A stretch of DNA of 64,000 nucleotides, from NCBI RefSeq assembly GCF_046105845.1, contig NZ_CP151004.1; one strand, 5' to 3'. The stretch comes from Escherichia coli. Lineage in GTDB: Bacteria; Pseudomonadota; Gammaproteobacteria; Enterobacterales; Enterobacteriaceae. The notes under the pieces are model-generated. The model did no database searches. It was given only the letters and a program-made list of their open reading frames with translations, and had not been told where the DNA came from. The position numbers were made by a program, and so were the translations under genes. Shown here piece after piece: positions 49,860 to 62,892 of this stretch; within the stretch, counting starts at the first letter, position 1, and every line of letters starts with the position of its first letter.

Positions 49860-50687
49860 TTACTTTTTCCAGAAATCATCGAAAACGGTAATTGGCGGAC
49901 GGCGTTTATGTTCGGTTTTCAGATACCAGTTCTCTATTGTTCTGGCGACCTGTTCAGGTAGGTTTTTCCCTTCCAGATAGTCGTCGATATTGTCATAGGT
50001 CACGCCGAGTGCCACTTCATCTGGCAGAGAAGGGCGATCATCTTCCAGATCGGCCGTTGGGGCTTTCTTATAAAGGTGTTCCGGGCAACCTAATGCCGCC
50101 AGTAACTGTTTACCCTGGCGTTTGTTGAGACGATACAGCGGATTAATATCCGTACCGCCGTCACCATATTTAGTGAAGAATCCGGTAATGGCTTCTGCTG
50201 CATGATCGGTGCCCACCACGACACCGCTGGTCATACCCGCAATGCTATATTGTGCTTTCATCCGCTCACGCGCTTTTTCATTGCCACGGACAAAATCGCT
50301 CAGTTCAATGCCTGCTTCCCGCAATGCCTGCTCGCTGGCCAATACCGCGCCCTTGATATTAACGGTTAATACGCGATCCGGTTGAATAAAGGCAATGGCA
50401 TCCTGGCAATCTTGTTCGTCGGCCTGAACACCATAGGGCAGGCGTACGGCAATAAATTGCAGTGATTCGTTGCCGGTCTCCTGGCGCAGCTCATTAATCG
50501 CCATCTGGCACAGCTTACCGGCAAGCGTGGAGTCCTGACCGCCGCTGATCCCTAGCACCAGTGATTTAATGAACGGATAAGTTTGCAGGTAGCTTTTCAG
50601 AAAATCGACACTACGACGAATTTCCTCTTCAGCATTAATTTGCGGTTTTGCGCCCAGCGCCTTTATTATTTGTTGTTGCAATGTCAT
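49860..50687 (-). CDS. nadE: NH3-dependent NAD+ synthetase
   Basis: 275 aa from [23 protein letters not shown]; SGGQDS PP-loop. Confidence 0.96.
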   Translation of the reverse strand: MTLQQQIIKALGAKPQINAEEEIRRSVDFLKSYLQTYPFIKSLVLGISGGQDSTLAGKLCQMAINELRQETGNESLQFIAVRLPYGVQADEQDCQDAIAFIQPDRVLTVNIKGAVLASEQALREAGIELSDFVRGNEKARERMKAQYSIAGMTSGVVVGTDHAAEAITGFFTKYGDGGTDINPLYRLNKRQGKQLLAALGCPEHLYKKAPTADLEDDRPSLPDEVALGVTYDNIDDYLEGKNLPEQVARTIENWYLKTEHKRRPPITVFDDFWKK

Positions 50688-50888
50688 TGAACCCCTCCAG
50701 ACAGAAAAGACAAAACTTCCTTAAAGCTAACCCGTTGCTACTGAAACGACAAGCGACAGCAGGTTGAATGGTGGTTAAAACGTCATACAGGAATCCTCTG
50801 AAAGCGGAGCCGTTTCGTTCACGGGCTTGAAAAAGCGCCCAATGTATTCCAGGCTTATCTAACACGCTGATAAACAAGAGGACGGAAT

Positions 50889-51227
50889 ATGAACAAGAAT
50901 ATGGCAGGAATTCTGAGTGCAGCGGCGGTATTAACCATGCTGGCGGGTTGTACGGCTTATGATCGTACCAAAGACCAGTTTGTACAGCCTGTGGTGAAAG
51001 ACGTCAAAAAAGGCATGAGCCGGGCGCAGGTTGCACAAATTGCGGGTAAACCTTCGTCTGAAGTGAGCATGATCCATGCTCGTGGTACTTGCCAGACCTA
51101 CATCCTGGGTCAACGTGATGGTAAAGCAGAAACCTACTTTGTCGCGTTAGATGATACCGGACATGTCATCAACTCCGGTTATCAGACCTGTGCTGAATAC
51201 GACACTGATCCACAGGCTGCGAAGTAA
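50889..51227 (+). CDS. osmE: OsmE, osmotically inducible lipoprotein
   Basis: 112 aa with lipobox LAGC. Confidence 0.92.
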
Positions 51228-51259
51228 TCACTTCGCCTGAAAGCTTGAGTTACAACGGA

Positions 51260-51288
51260 AACCGGCCATTGCGCCGGTTTTTTTTGGC
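51260..51288 (+). terminator. rho-independent terminator after osmE
   Basis: AACCGGC-cattgc-GCCGGTT followed by TTTTTTT. Confidence 0.8.
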
Positions 51289-51525
51289 CTGAGTTCTTAA
51301 TTATCTTCGCGAATTATTTGCCCGAAATGTGAAGAGGGTCATAACCGCAGGTCAAGGAGAGACAATTTATAAGGTCAAAGAAATACTATTGCTCAGGTCT
51401 ATACCGTATACTCCTTTCAGCCACAAAAAAAGTCATGTTGGTTTCGCAAGTTACCCAGAGCATGGAAGCAGGTTAAGGCTTGCGGAGTGTCTGGCTGACG
51501 GATAATCGTCGATGAGGGCAGTTTT

Positions 51526-51846
51526 ATGGAAAAGAAACACATTTATCTGTTTTGTTCTGCGGGCATGTCTACCTCTTTACTGGTATCAAAAATGCGCGCA
51601 CAGGCAGAAAAATATGAAGTTCCGGTCATTATTGAAGCATTTCCGGAAACACTGGCTGGTGAAAAAGGTCAGAATGCCGATGTCGTGTTATTAGGGCCGC
51701 AGATTGCTTATATGTTGCCCGAAATCCAGCGTTTGTTACCCAACAAACCGGTTGAAGTAATTGACTCGCTGCTTTATGGCAAAGTCGATGGTTTAGGCGT
51801 GCTTAAGGCTGCGGTTGCAGCGATTAAAAAAGCCGCAGCAAATTAA
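51526..51846 (+). CDS. chbB: PTS chitobiose EIIB
   Basis: 106 aa; synteny chbBCARFG. Confidence 0.93.
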   Translation: MEKKHIYLFCSAGMSTSLLVSKMRAQAEKYEVPVIIEAFPETLAGEKGQNADVVLLGPQIAYMLPEIQRLLPNKPVEVIDSLLYGKVDGLGVLKAAVAAIKKAAAN

Positions 51847-51930
51847 TTTATTTTAAATTTTCCCGTCAAAGAGTTATTTCATAAATCAATACCGCAATAT
51901 TTAAATTGCGGTTTTTAAGGGTATTTTTCT

Positions 51931-53289
51931 ATGAGTAATGTTATTGCATCGCTTGAAAAGGTACTCATCCCTTTTGCAGTTAAAATAGGAAAGCAGCCAC
52001 ACGTTAATGCAATCAAAAATGGCTTTATTCGCTTAATGCCGTTAACCCTTGCGGGGGCCATGTTTGTATTAATTAACAACGTTTTTCTAAGCTTTGGGGA
52101 GGGGTCGTTTTTTTATTCCTTAGGTATTCGCCTGGATGCCTCAACCATTGAAACACTTAATGGTCTGAAAGGTATTGGCGGCAACGTATATAACGGAACA
52201 TTAGGGATAATGTCTTTAATGGCACCGTTCTTTATTGGCATGGCACTGGCAGAAGAGCGTAAAGTCGATGCGCTGGCGGCTGGGTTGTTATCCGTTGCAG
52301 CATTTATGACCGTCACCCCTTATAGTGTCGGTGAGGCCTATGCGGTTGGCGCAAACTGGTTAGGTGGGGCGAATATCATCTCCGGGATTATTATTGGCCT
52401 GGTGGTGGCAGAAATGTTTACCTTTATTGTCCGCCGCAATTGGGTCATTAAATTGCCCGACAGCGTACCTGCTTCAGTATCGCGTTCCTTCTCGGCTTTA
52501 ATTCCCGGCTTTATTATTCTTTCCGTGATGGGGATTATTGCCTGGGCGTTGAATACCTGGGGCACCAACTTCCATCAGATCATTATGGATACCATCTCAA
52601 CCCCACTGGCATCGTTGGGTAGCGTGGTGGGCTGGGCCTATGTGATCTTTGTTCCACTGCTCTGGTTCTTCGGTATTCATGGCGCGCTGGCGCTGACCGC
52701 ACTGGACAACGGCATTATGACGCCGTGGGCGCTGGAAAACATCGCGACCTATCAGCAATATGGTTCCGTCGAAGCGGCGCTGGCAGCCGGTAAGACCTTC
52801 CATATCTGGGCCAAGCCGATGCTGGACTCCTTTATTTTCCTCGGTGGCAGTGGTGCGACTTTGGGTCTGATCCTGGCTATCTTTATCGCTTCTCGCCGTG
52901 CTGATTATCGTCAGGTGGCAAAACTGGCGCTGCCGTCCGGCATCTTCCAGATTAACGAACCGATTCTGTTTGGTCTGCCAATTATCATGAACCCGGTGAT
53001 GTTTATCCCGTTTGTACTGGTACAACCGATTCTGGCGGCAATCACCCTGGCAGCGTACTACATGGGCATTATTCCTCCGGTGACCAATATTGCACCGTGG
53101 ACCATGCCAACCGGTCTGGGAGCCTTCTTTAACACCAACGGTAGCGTCGCCGCATTGCTGGTCGCACTCTTCAACCTTGGTATCGCAACGTTAATTTATC
53201 TGCCCTTTGTTGTGGTCGCTAACAAAGCACAAAATGCGATTGATAAAGAAGAGAGCGAAGAAGATATCGCTAACGCCCTGAAATTTTAA
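51931..53289 (+). CDS. chbC: PTS chitobiose EIIC
   Basis: 452 aa multi-TM. Confidence 0.93.
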   Translation: MSNVIASLEKVLIPFAVKIGKQPHVNAIKNGFIRLMPLTLAGAMFVLINNVFLSFGEGSFFYSLGIRLDASTIETLNGLKGIGGNVYNGTLGIMSLMAPFFIGMALAEERKVDALAAGLLSVAAFMTVTPYSVGEAYAVGANWLGGANIISGIIIGLVVAEMFTFIVRRNWVIKLPDSVPASVSRSFSALIPGFIILSVMGIIAWALNTWGTNFHQIIMDTISTPLASLGSVVGWAYVIFVPLLWFFGIHGALALTALDNGIMTPWALENIATYQQYGSVEAALAAGKTFHIWAKPMLDSFIFLGGSGATLGLILAIFIASRRADYRQVAKLALPSGIFQINEPILFGLPIIMNPVMFIPFVLVQPILAAITLAAYYMGIIPPVTNIAPWTMPTGLGAFFNTNGSVAALLVALFNLGIATLIYLPFVVVANKAQNAIDKEESEEDIANALKF

Positions 53290-53339
53290 TCGATGCCGGT
53301 ACGGGTAATCGTGCCGGTAAGAATAGAGAGGAACGATGT

Positions 53340-53690
53340 ATGATGGATCTCGATAATATTCCCGATACGCAAACGGAAGCTGAAGAGCTGGAAGAAGTGG
53401 TGATGGGGCTTATCATCAACTCCGGACAAGCGCGCAGCCTGGCGTATGCGGCACTGAAACAGGCGAAGCAGGGCGATTTTGCCGCAGCAAAAGCCATGAT
53501 GGATCAGTCACGGATGGCATTGAATGAAGCGCATCTGGTACAGACGAAACTGATTGAAGGCGATGCGGGCGAAGGTAAGATGAAAGTGAGTCTGGTGCTG
53601 GTCCACGCTCAGGATCATTTAATGACGTCCATGCTTGCGCGTGAACTGATTACCGAATTAATTGAGCTTCATGAAAAACTGAAGGCATAA
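53340..53690 (+). CDS. chbA: PTS chitobiose EIIA
   Basis: 116 aa. Confidence 0.93.
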   Translation: MMDLDNIPDTQTEAEELEEVVMGLIINSGQARSLAYAALKQAKQGDFAAAKAMMDQSRMALNEAHLVQTKLIEGDAGEGKMKVSLVLVHAQDHLMTSMLARELITELIELHEKLKA

Positions 53691-53697
53691 GGAGTCG

Positions 53698-54540
53698 ATG
53701 ATGCAGCCAGTGATTAACGCGCCGGAAATTGCCACTGCCCGAGAACAGCAGTTGTTTAATGGCAAAAACTTCCATGTGTTTATCTATAACAAAACTGAGA
53801 GTATCAGCGGACTGCATCAGCACGACTATTATGAATTTACTCTGGTATTAACCGGGCGTTATTTCCAGGAGATTAACGGTAAGCGCGTGTTACTGGAACG
53901 GGGCGATTTTGTTTTTATTCCGTTAGGTTCGCACCATCAAAGTTTTTATGAGTTTGGTGCCACGCGTATATTGAACGTTGGGATCAGTAAACGCTTTTTT
54001 GAGCAGCATTACCTGCCGTTGTTGCCTTATTGCTTTGTCGCTTCGCAGGTATACCGGACCAATAACGCTTTTCTCACCTATGTGGAAACAGTGATTTCTT
54101 CATTGAATTTCCGCGAAACAGGGCTGGAAGAGTTTGTTGAGATGGTTACTTTTTATGTCATTAACCGTTTACGTCATTACCGCGAAGAACAGGTGATTGA
54201 TGATGTACCGCAGTGGCTGAAAAGTACGGTAGAAAAGATGCATGATAAAGAGCAGTTTAGTGAATCGGCGCTGGAGAATATGGTGACGTTGTCAGCCAAA
54301 TCACAGGAATATTTGACGCGAGCGACTCAACGATATTATGGCAAAACACCAATGCAGATTATTAATGAGATCCGTATTAATTTTGCCAAAAAACAACTGG
54401 AAATGACCAACTATTCCGTGACGGATATTGCGTTTGAGGCCGGTTATAGTAGCCCGAGCTTGTTTATTAAAACGTTTAAGAAATTAACGTCCTTTACGCC
54501 TAAGAGCTATCGTAAGAAATTGACTGAATTTAATCAGTAA
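53698..54540 (+). CDS. chbR: ChbR, AraC-family regulator of the chb operon
   Basis: 280 aa; C-terminal AraC HTH. Confidence 0.92.
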   Translation: MMQPVINAPEIATAREQQLFNGKNFHVFIYNKTESISGLHQHDYYEFTLVLTGRYFQEINGKRVLLERGDFVFIPLGSHHQSFYEFGATRILNVGISKRFFEQHYLPLLPYCFVASQVYRTNNAFLTYVETVISSLNFRETGLEEFVEMVTFYVINRLRHYREEQVIDDVPQWLKSTVEKMHDKEQFSESALENMVTLSAKSQEYLTRATQRYYGKTPMQIINEIRINFAKKQLEMTNYSVTDIAFEAGYSSPSLFIKTFKKLTSFTPKSYRKKLTEFNQ

Positions 54541-54642
54541 GTCGTTATACCTGACAATTCACATATCTGTCCTGTTGCTGGATTATGTATGTCCGGGGGC
54601 AGATATGCCAGATATCAGTATTCTGTACTGAAGGGAGAAATT

Positions 54643-55995
54643 ATGAGCCAGAAATTAAAAGTCGTCACTATTGGTGGCGGGAGCAGCTATACCCCGGAGT
54701 TACTGGAAGGATTTATTAAGCGTTATCACGAATTGCCGGTCAGCGAATTATGGCTGGTGGATGTCGAAGGTGGTAAAGCTAAACTGGATATTATTTTTGA
54801 TCTCTGCCAACGGATGATTGATAACGCTGGCGTCCCGATGAAGCTTTATAAAACGCTGGATCGCCGCGAAGCATTGAAAGATGCTGATTTCGTTACTACC
54901 CAACTGCGCGTAGGCCAATTACCGGCGCGCGAACTGGATGAACGTATTCCATTAAGTCATGGTTATCTTGGTCAGGAAACCAACGGCGCGGGCGGTCTGT
55001 TTAAAGGTCTGCGTACCATTCCGGTGATTTTTGACATCGTAAAAGATGTCGAAGAACTTTGTCCGAATGCATGGGTGATTAACTTCACTAACCCGGCGGG
55101 AATGGTCACTGAAGCCGTTTATCGTCATACCGGATTTAAACGCTTTATCGGCGTGTGTAATATTCCGATCGGCATGAAGATGTTTATTCGCGATGTTCTG
55201 ATGCTGAAAGACAGCGATGATTTATCTATCGATCTGTTCGGCCTCAACCATATGGTGTTCATTAAGGATGTGCTGGTAAATGGCAAATCACGCTTTGCCG
55301 AATTGCTTGATGGTGTGGCATCCGGGCAGTTAAAAGCATCTGGCGTTAAAAATATTTTCGATCTGCCATTTAGCGAAGGCTTAATTCGTTCTCTGAATCT
55401 GTTGCCGTGTTCTTATTTGCTTTATTACTTCAAGCAAAAAGAGATGCTGGCTATTGAAATGGGCGAATACTACAAAGGCGGCGCACGAGCGCAGGTAGTA
55501 CAGAAAGTCGAGAAACAACTTTTTGAGCTGTATAAAAACCCGGAGTTGAAAGTTAAGCCGAAAGAACTGGAACAGCGCGGTGGGGCTTATTACTCTGATG
55601 CAGCATGCGAAGTGATCAACGCTATCTACAACGACAAGCAAGCTGAACATTACGTTAATATCCCGCATCATGGGCATATTGATAATATTCCGGCAGACTG
55701 GGCGGTAGAAATGACCTGTACGCTGGGGCGCGATGGCGCGACGCCACATCCGCGCATTACGCATTTCGATGATAAAGTGATGGGGCTGATTCACACCATT
55801 AAAGGCTTCGAGATTGCTGCCAGCAACGCTGCACTTAGCGGAGAATTTAACGATGTGTTACTGGCGCTAAACCTTAGTCCGTTGGTGCATTCCGATCGCG
55901 ATGCTGAGCTGCTGGCACGCGAGATGATTCTGGCGCACGAGAAATGGCTGCCAAATTTTGCCGACTGCATCGCAGAGCTTAAAAAAGCACATTAA
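54643..55995 (+). CDS. chbF: ChbF, 6-phospho-beta-glucosidase (GH4)
   Basis: 450 aa from MSQKLKVVTIGGGSSYTPEL. Confidence 0.93.
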   Translation: MSQKLKVVTIGGGSSYTPELLEGFIKRYHELPVSELWLVDVEGGKAKLDIIFDLCQRMIDNAGVPMKLYKTLDRREALKDADFVTTQLRVGQLPARELDERIPLSHGYLGQETNGAGGLFKGLRTIPVIFDIVKDVEELCPNAWVINFTNPAGMVTEAVYRHTGFKRFIGVCNIPIGMKMFIRDVLMLKDSDDLSIDLFGLNHMVFIKDVLVNGKSRFAELLDGVASGQLKASGVKNIFDLPFSEGLIRSLNLLPCSYLLYYFKQKEMLAIEMGEYYKGGARAQVVQKVEKQLFELYKNPELKVKPKELEQRGGAYYSDAACEVINAIYNDKQAEHYVNIPHHGHIDNIPADWAVEMTCTLGRDGATPHPRITHFDDKVMGLIHTIKGFEIAASNAALSGEFNDVLLALNLSPLVHSDRDAELLAREMILAHEKWLPNFADCIAELKKAH

Positions 55996-56766
<771 letters not shown>

Positions 56767-56776
56767 GTAAGGTGGT

Positions 56777-56806
56777 AAGGTCACTCCCCAGGGGGCGTGA
56801 CCTTAT
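56777..56806. terminator. bidirectional terminator between chbG and katE
   Basis: AAGGTCAC-tcccca/ggggg-GTGACCTT hairpin. Confidence 0.6.
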
Positions 56807-56812
56807 CCATAT

Positions 56813-59074
56813 TTACGCCGGAATTTTGTCAATCTTAGGAATGCGTGACCACACGCGGTGTGCTGCCATCAGCGTTAACAGTTCATCCATAAAACTACCA
56901 TCGGCGCTGTCAGCTTCCACAATCCCTTCTTCACCCTGGTCAGCGACCTTGATTGTTGCTTTAAACTTGCGCGCGTCTCCTGCCAGCGCAATCGGTTTAA
57001 GGTGTTTGTAGGCTTCCATCAGGTAGTAGCTGGCATCGCCGTTGTCAGCGATATCCGCGATATTGCCGCAAGGGACAATAACCGCATCGACCGTCAGCGA
57101 AGGCGCTCCGGCAAAGGTAGCAGCTATAGGCAGCACCGTACCGTCATCCGCAGTCACTTCACCCATTCGGGAGTAGAGCAGTTTGGCATGAACGCCTTTG
57201 GCCTTCAGCGCCTTGAGAATGGTCAGAAGGTCTGCCGATCTCACTTCATCATTAAGCAAAATCGCTACCACGCGACCTTTTACATCACCGTTAGGAATGG
57301 CGTACAGACTTAAGGATGGATCCTTTTTCAGACCGTTGACGTCCGGAGGCGGGGAGATATTCAGCTGGTCGTCAGTCAGTTCGATACCGAGATTTTTCGC
57401 CACCGCCTGGGCCAGAGTGAGATCAATATGCGCCAGCTGGTCAACAACGCGCTCACGAATATACGGCCGAACTACTTTGCTTAACTCAAAACTGAAACCA
57501 TCGACAATATGGCGCTGCTCGAATGGCGTCTGACTTAGCCAGAACAGACGCGGATGGGAATAATATTCGCCAAACGATGGACTGCGCTCGCGAACTTTAT
57601 TGCCTTCCACGCGTTCCTGGTATGATTCAAAACCGCCACGTTTCGGCCCCGGCGGTGTTTCGCGCGGCCAGTTATCGTTGATCGAGTTCGGTTCGTAATT
57701 CGCCGGGTTAGTGTCGATCCCCATACGATGCATGCCGTCACGCTGGAAATTATGGTAAGGGCAGGTCGGGCGGTTAATCGGAATCTCATGGAAATTTGGT
57801 CCGCCAAGACGACTGATTTGTGTATCGGTATAAGAGAACAAACGCCCCTGCAACAGCGGATCGTTGGTGAAATCCAGACCGGGGACAATATGCCCAGGAT
57901 GGAAAGCCGCCTGTTCGTTTTCGGCAAAGAAGTTATCCGGGTTGCGATTGAGCACCATTTTGCCAACACGCTGAACGGGTACCAGTTCTTCCGGGATGAG
58001 TTTGGTTGGATCGAGAAGATCGAAGTCAAACTTGAATTCATCTTCTTCAGGAATCAACTGGAAGCCCAGTTCGTATTCCGGAAAATCGCCTGCTTCGATG
58101 GCTTCCCACAACTCGCGGCGGTGGAAGTCCGGGTCACGTCCGGTTAGTTTTTGTGCTTCATCCCAAACGAGTGAGGCTTTACCTGCCACTGGTTTCCAGT
58201 GGAAGCGTACGAACGTTGCCTTCCCTTCGGCATTAATCAGGCGGAAGGTGTGAATACCAAAGCCTTCCATGGTGCGGTAACTGCGTGGGATCCCGCGATC
58301 CGACATCGCCCACATCACGTTGTGCAGAGTTTCAGGTTGCAGAGAAACATAATCCCAGAAAGTATCGTGGGCGCTTTGCCCTTGTGGGATTGCCCAGTGC
58401 GGTTCTGGTTTTACCGCATGAACAAAATCGGGGAATTTATGCGCATCCTGGATAAAGAAGATTGGCGTGTTATTGCCAACGAGGTCAAAAATACCCTCTT
58501 CAGTATAGAACTTGGTGGCAAAGCCACGGATATCACGCACGGTATCGGCAGAGCCAGCACCACCCTGAACGGTAGAGAAACGTACAAATACTGGGGTGAT
58601 TTTGTTCGGATCTGAGAGGAAATCCGCTTTGGTGATATCGCTTAAGCTTTTATATGGCTGGAAATAACCGTGAGCGGCTGATCCGCGTGCATGAACAATA
58701 CGTTCCGGGATGCGCTCATGGTCAAAGTGAGTGATTTTCTCGCGCAGAATAAAATCTTCCAGCAGCGTTGGACCACGGCTACCGGCACGCAGTGAGTTTT
58801 GATCATCGGCGATGCGCACGCCCTGATTAGTGGTCAGCGCAAAATTTTCACTGCCTTTGCGTACGTCTTCCAGAGAATTAAGTTTTTCGTTACGCGTATC
58901 AGGGGCTTTCAGGCTCCCAGGGGCGGTAGGTTGTGCACCTGGCGGTGTTGGTTCAGCCGCTGGACGATGAGAGCCGTCTTCAGGTGCCAGTGAGTCCATC
59001 CCCGGTTTCGCTTCGCTGGAATCGTGTAGTGGTGACTGGTGCTGATGTGGGTTCTTTTCGTTATGTTGCGACAT
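56813..59074 (-). CDS. katE: Catalase HPII
   Basis: 753 aa from [20 protein letters not shown]; large-subunit catalase. Confidence 0.96.
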   Translation of the reverse strand: MSQHNEKNPHQHQSPLHDSSEAKPGMDSLAPEDGSHRPAAEPTPPGAQPTAPGSLKAPDTRNEKLNSLEDVRKGSENFALTTNQGVRIADDQNSLRAGSRGPTLLEDFILREKITHFDHERIPERIVHARGSAAHGYFQPYKSLSDITKADFLSDPNKITPVFVRFSTVQGGAGSADTVRDIRGFATKFYTEEGIFDLVGNNTPIFFIQDAHKFPDFVHAVKPEPHWAIPQGQSAHDTFWDYVSLQPETLHNVMWAMSDRGIPRSYRTMEGFGIHTFRLINAEGKATFVRFHWKPVAGKASLVWDEAQKLTGRDPDFHRRELWEAIEAGDFPEYELGFQLIPEEDEFKFDFDLLDPTKLIPEELVPVQRVGKMVLNRNPDNFFAENEQAAFHPGHIVPGLDFTNDPLLQGRLFSYTDTQISRLGGPNFHEIPINRPTCPYHNFQRDGMHRMGIDTNPANYEPNSINDNWPRETPPGPKRGGFESYQERVEGNKVRERSPSFGEYYSHPRLFWLSQTPFEQRHIVDGFSFELSKVVRPYIRERVVDQLAHIDLTLAQAVAKNLGIELTDDQLNISPPPDVNGLKKDPSLSLYAIPNGDVKGRVVAILLNDEVRSADLLTILKALKAKGVHAKLLYSRMGEVTADDGTVLPIAATFAGAPSLTVDAVIVPCGNIADIADNGDASYYLMEAYKHLKPIALAGDARKFKATIKVADQGEEGIVEADSADGSFMDELLTLMAAHRVWSRIPKIDKIPA

Positions 59075-59277
59075 TGAACTCGTCTCCTTAACTTATTACT
59101 GAAAGGGCCGCTGTTTTGGTCAAAAAACCCTCTAAATATAGACCATCAGCCAGATCCCGCTTCGGAGACTATTCTGGAAACGGTGTTATGAAATACACGC
59201 AAAGCGGGACGTACAGGGGCTAAATCGGCTAAACTACAGTTTTTCTGATTTTTAATATGCGTTTAGTGAAGCCAGTA

Positions 59278-59520
59278 ATGAAGAAACCGCTCCGTCAGCA
59301 AAACCGCCAGATTATTAGCTATGTCCCACGCACGGAACCCGCGCCGCCAGAACATGCGATAAAGATGGATTCGTTTCGTGATGTCTGGATGCTGCGTGGC
59401 AAATATGTTGCGTTTGTACTGATGGGAGAGTCATTTCTGCGCTCACCGGCGTTTACTGTGCCTGAATCCGCCCAGCGTTGGGCAAATCAGATCCGCCAGG
59501 AAGGGGAAGTGACTGAGTAA
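59278..59520 (+). CDS. cedA: CedA, cell division modulator
   Basis: 80 aa from MKKPLRQQNRQ (track ORF starts 59257). Confidence 0.85.
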   Translation: MKKPLRQQNRQIISYVPRTEPAPPEHAIKMDSFRDVWMLRGKYVAFVLMGESFLRSPAFTVPESAQRWANQIRQEGEVTE

Positions 59521-59808
59521 AGATTACGTACCTCCCGGTTTTGCCGGGAGTTACATGACCTGAAATTCTGTATTTCATTGCTACATTCATTCAAACCACC
59601 TGTAACAAAAAGCTGCCTTTGACGATCTATTGCTATAAATAAGTGAACTTTTTTCTTTAATTGTTTATTTATTTTAAAATGGTTAAATTTTGCTAATCAT
59701 GATGAGCTATTTTTGATAGTTCATCCTGTGGCGTCGCTCTTAAACTTATATTGTAAATGACTTAGATTTAAATGAGATAATAATTTTGTTAACAATATGA
59801 GGCGGGAG

Positions 59809-60612
59809 ATGCTTTCTACAAACTTAATACAGAGTAATTATGGTGATTTAAATATTAAAAGCCTGGCTTTCGACTCTTTTAAAGAAAGGCTGCAGTCTAC
59901 TATGACAGCACTCACTTTCTTTATATCAACGGGTCAATGTGCCTGCGATGAAATAGCAGAATCAAACTTCAATTATATGATTGCCTATATGTCTAACATT
60001 AACTATGATGCCTCAAAGCCAGGAGCGCCAGCACTTAGTTTTGATACATATCTGCAGGACAATGTTAAATATAGAGTGATAATTAATAATCTTTATGGTA
60101 GTGAAATTAGGATAAGAGGTATTAATGAGAATTTTGTTGGGATGGATTTTACCTGTGAATTCCGACCAGAAAAAATGACCAATTTGATCAATATAAAAAA
60201 CAGGTTGGTTATTCACTATTTAAGAACGATATACTATGAACAAAATTATATACATCCTGTTGGGAGCATTTTTGCTGCGATTCAAAAAAATGAGAGTCTC
60301 CTAAAGTTTCCTTCGGTAATATCAATGCTTAATGTCAATCTTCTTTTTAATCCACTGAATCTTCCGGGAATGGGAAGTGGTGTGCTTGAAGAGATTATGA
60401 GTATTTCAGATAGTTCACTTAGAAAACGTCTTGGGTATGAGGTTTTAAGCTTTTCGCTACAGGCACATTCATTGAGTCAGGAATGTATCGATAAGTTAGC
60501 CATTTTTTTCGCTGACGATCTGTTTAAATATGAGTCAGTATGCATCGCCGCGATGGAACATTTAAAAAGTAAGGCAACGGCTCCTATACAAAACGGACCG
60601 TTGCCAGCATAA
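59809..60612 (+). CDS. ydjO: YdjO, uncharacterised protein in a very AT-rich region
   Basis: 267 aa from MLSTNLIQ (track ORF starts 59797); synteny. Confidence 0.75.
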   Translation: MLSTNLIQSNYGDLNIKSLAFDSFKERLQSTMTALTFFISTGQCACDEIAESNFNYMIAYMSNINYDASKPGAPALSFDTYLQDNVKYRVIINNLYGSEIRIRGINENFVGMDFTCEFRPEKMTNLINIKNRLVIHYLRTIYYEQNYIHPVGSIFAAIQKNESLLKFPSVISMLNVNLLFNPLNLPGMGSGVLEEIMSISDSSLRKRLGYEVLSFSLQAHSLSQECIDKLAIFFADDLFKYESVCIAAMEHLKSKATAPIQNGPLPA

Positions 60613-60615
60613 GAA

Positions 60616-62007
60616 TTAACGGTGTGCCAGTTCGGCGTCGTCTTCGCTATCCAGAATGGCTTTATCGGTTTGCTTCAGCCACTGGCTGGTCAGCGTGCCA
60701 GCGGTCATCGAGCCACTAACGTTTAGCGCCGTACGCCCCATGTCGATAAGCGGTTCAACGGAGATTAACAGCGCCACCAGGGTTACTGGCAGGCCCATCG
60801 CAGGCAGCACAATCAGTGCGGCGAAAGTTGCACCACCACCGACACCGGCAACGCCTGCGGAACTAACGGTAACAATACCGACCAGCGTCGCAATCCACAT
60901 CGGGTCCATCGGGTTAATGCCAACCGTAGGCGCAACCATCACCGCCAGCATCGCCGGATACAAACCGGCACAGCCGTTCTGACCAATGGTTGCACCGAAA
61001 GAGGCGGCGAAACTGGCGATGGATTCAGGAACACCCAGACGACGCGTTTGTGCTTCCACATTCAGTGGGATAGACGCAGCACTGGAACGGCTGGTAAAGG
61101 CAAACGTCAGTACTGGCCATACCTTACGGAAGTACTTCAGCGGGCTCACGCCATTAATACCCAGCAGAAGGCCATGCACTGCAAACATAATCAGAAGACC
61201 GAGGTAGGACGCGACAACGAAACTTCCCAGTTTGATGATGTCTTGCAGGTTAGAACCTGCAACCACTTTGGTCATCAGCGCCAGAACGCCGTAAGGGGTC
61301 AACTGCATGACCAGGCGAACCAGCTTCATTACCCAGCTTTGCAGGGTATCGATAGCGGTTAAGACGCGTTCACCTTTCGGGGCATCATCCTTCAGCAGTT
61401 TCAGCGCAGCTACACCGAGGAATGCGGCAAAAATTACCACGCTGATAATTGACGTCGGATTGGCTCCGGTCAGATCGGCAAACGGGTTTTTCGGGATAAA
61501 GGACAAGACCAGCTGCGGAACGCTCAGGTCAGAGACTTTACCAACATAGTTACTTTCAATGGCGTTCAGACGTGCAGTTTCTGCACCACCCTGAACCAGA
61601 CCTTCAGCCGTCAAACCAAACAGGTTGGTGACCAGCACACCGACCAGCGCCGCAATCAGCGTGGTAAACAAAAGCGTACCGATGGTCAGAAAACTGATTT
61701 TGCCTAACTGAGATGCGTTATGCAGACGGGCAACCGCGCTCAGAATAGAGGCGAAGACTAACGGCATAACGATCATTTGCAGCAGTTGAACATAGCCGTT
61801 ACCAACAATGTTAAACCACTGTACAGAATCTTTAAGTACCTGGCTGTCAGAACCATAAATGGTATGCAGGGCAAGGCCAAAAACCACACCCATCACCAGA
61901 CCCACCAGCACTTTTTTCGCCAGACTCCACTGTTTATGGCGGGTCTGAGCCAGCGCAAACAGCAGTACAACGAACACCACGATGTTCGCAATTAATGGAA
62001 AGTTCAT
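60616..62007 (-). CDS. tcyP: TcyP (YdjN), L-cystine:cation symporter of the DAACS family
   Basis: 463 aa multi-TM. Confidence 0.9.
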   Translation of the reverse strand: MNFPLIANIVVFVVLLFALAQTRHKQWSLAKKVLVGLVMGVVFGLALHTIYGSDSQVLKDSVQWFNIVGNGYVQLLQMIVMPLVFASILSAVARLHNASQLGKISFLTIGTLLFTTLIAALVGVLVTNLFGLTAEGLVQGGAETARLNAIESNYVGKVSDLSVPQLVLSFIPKNPFADLTGANPTSIISVVIFAAFLGVAALKLLKDDAPKGERVLTAIDTLQSWVMKLVRLVMQLTPYGVLALMTKVVAGSNLQDIIKLGSFVVASYLGLLIMFAVHGLLLGINGVSPLKYFRKVWPVLTFAFTSRSSAASIPLNVEAQTRRLGVPESIASFAASFGATIGQNGCAGLYPAMLAVMVAPTVGINPMDPMWIATLVGIVTVSSAGVAGVGGGATFAALIVLPAMGLPVTLVALLISVEPLIDMGRTALNVSGSMTAGTLTSQWLKQTDKAILDSEDDAELAHR

Positions 62008-62139
62008 CCCCGTTCTCCTGATCTTATTATTTCTATCACTGCGTAGCAGTCATAGTGTTGGCGCAAGATTAACAGAACTGTGAGCTGGCTCTTATATTCA
62101 AATGGAATTGCTTATTCCAGAAAGGTGATTTTTGCCTTT

Positions 62140-62730
62140 TTAGTATTCAACCTGATGCTTAATAAGCCGATGAAACTGGATCTGCAAAGTATTGATCATT
62201 TGCGATGACCAACGAACAGCGCTGTTTTCGGGTAATGAATGGGGCATCCATACCGACCAGACAAATAATGCCATGCAGATAAAACGTTCCAGTTGGTTGC
62301 CCTTTTGGGGAACCAGGATAGGCAAGCGGAAACGCCAGCGGCATGGCCAGAGCAGGGGAACACCGGCGGGTGTCAGCATATCGGCAAGTATGTGGCTCAA
62401 ATAACCCAGCACCATTCCTTGTAGCGCATCAGCCGGAATGAACCAGCTTTCAGGAACCTTAAGGTAAAAGGTTGCCAGCAGCGCAAATACCGCCAGCAGA
62501 CTGTGGGTAAAACCACGATGCCCAAAAGCGCGGGCGATCGGTTTTGATATCCACTTTAATCGCTGCCCAAGAAACGACTTTGGGTGATCGATGTCCGGTA
62601 ACAAACACGTCAGGATTGCGGAAGGGACAATATGCCACCAGTCACCCTGTGCCAGCACGGGCGTCAGCTCGGCATTTTTGGCAAATACCGCACAAGCAAT
62701 AGAAAAGAGAAGGTGACCTTCCGCCGTCAT
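62140..62730 (-). CDS. ydjM: YdjM, LexA-regulated inner membrane protein
   Basis: 196 aa from MTAEGHLLFSIA. Confidence 0.88.
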   Translation of the reverse strand: MTAEGHLLFSIACAVFAKNAELTPVLAQGDWWHIVPSAILTCLLPDIDHPKSFLGQRLKWISKPIARAFGHRGFTHSLLAVFALLATFYLKVPESWFIPADALQGMVLGYLSHILADMLTPAGVPLLWPCRWRFRLPILVPQKGNQLERFICMALFVWSVWMPHSLPENSAVRWSSQMINTLQIQFHRLIKHQVEY

Positions 62731-62744
62731 GATAAAACTCACTA

Positions 62745-62764
62745 AACTGTCGATACGTACAGTA
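62745..62764. promoter_or_regulatory. LexA box upstream of ydjM (CTGT-N8-ACAG)
   Basis: AACTGTCGATACGTACAGTA read directly; a second degenerate box may follow at 62759-62782. Confidence 0.75.
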
Positions 62765-62892
62765 TAGGATTTTTATACAGTGCACGGAAGTGGTGACGGT
62801 GTAACTCTTTCTCTTAAATTGACGATTAATCCGCCAGTTGAATGCAAATTCAGATAAAGAACCAGGGGCAGCGTGATAACTGCCCCTGGTTA

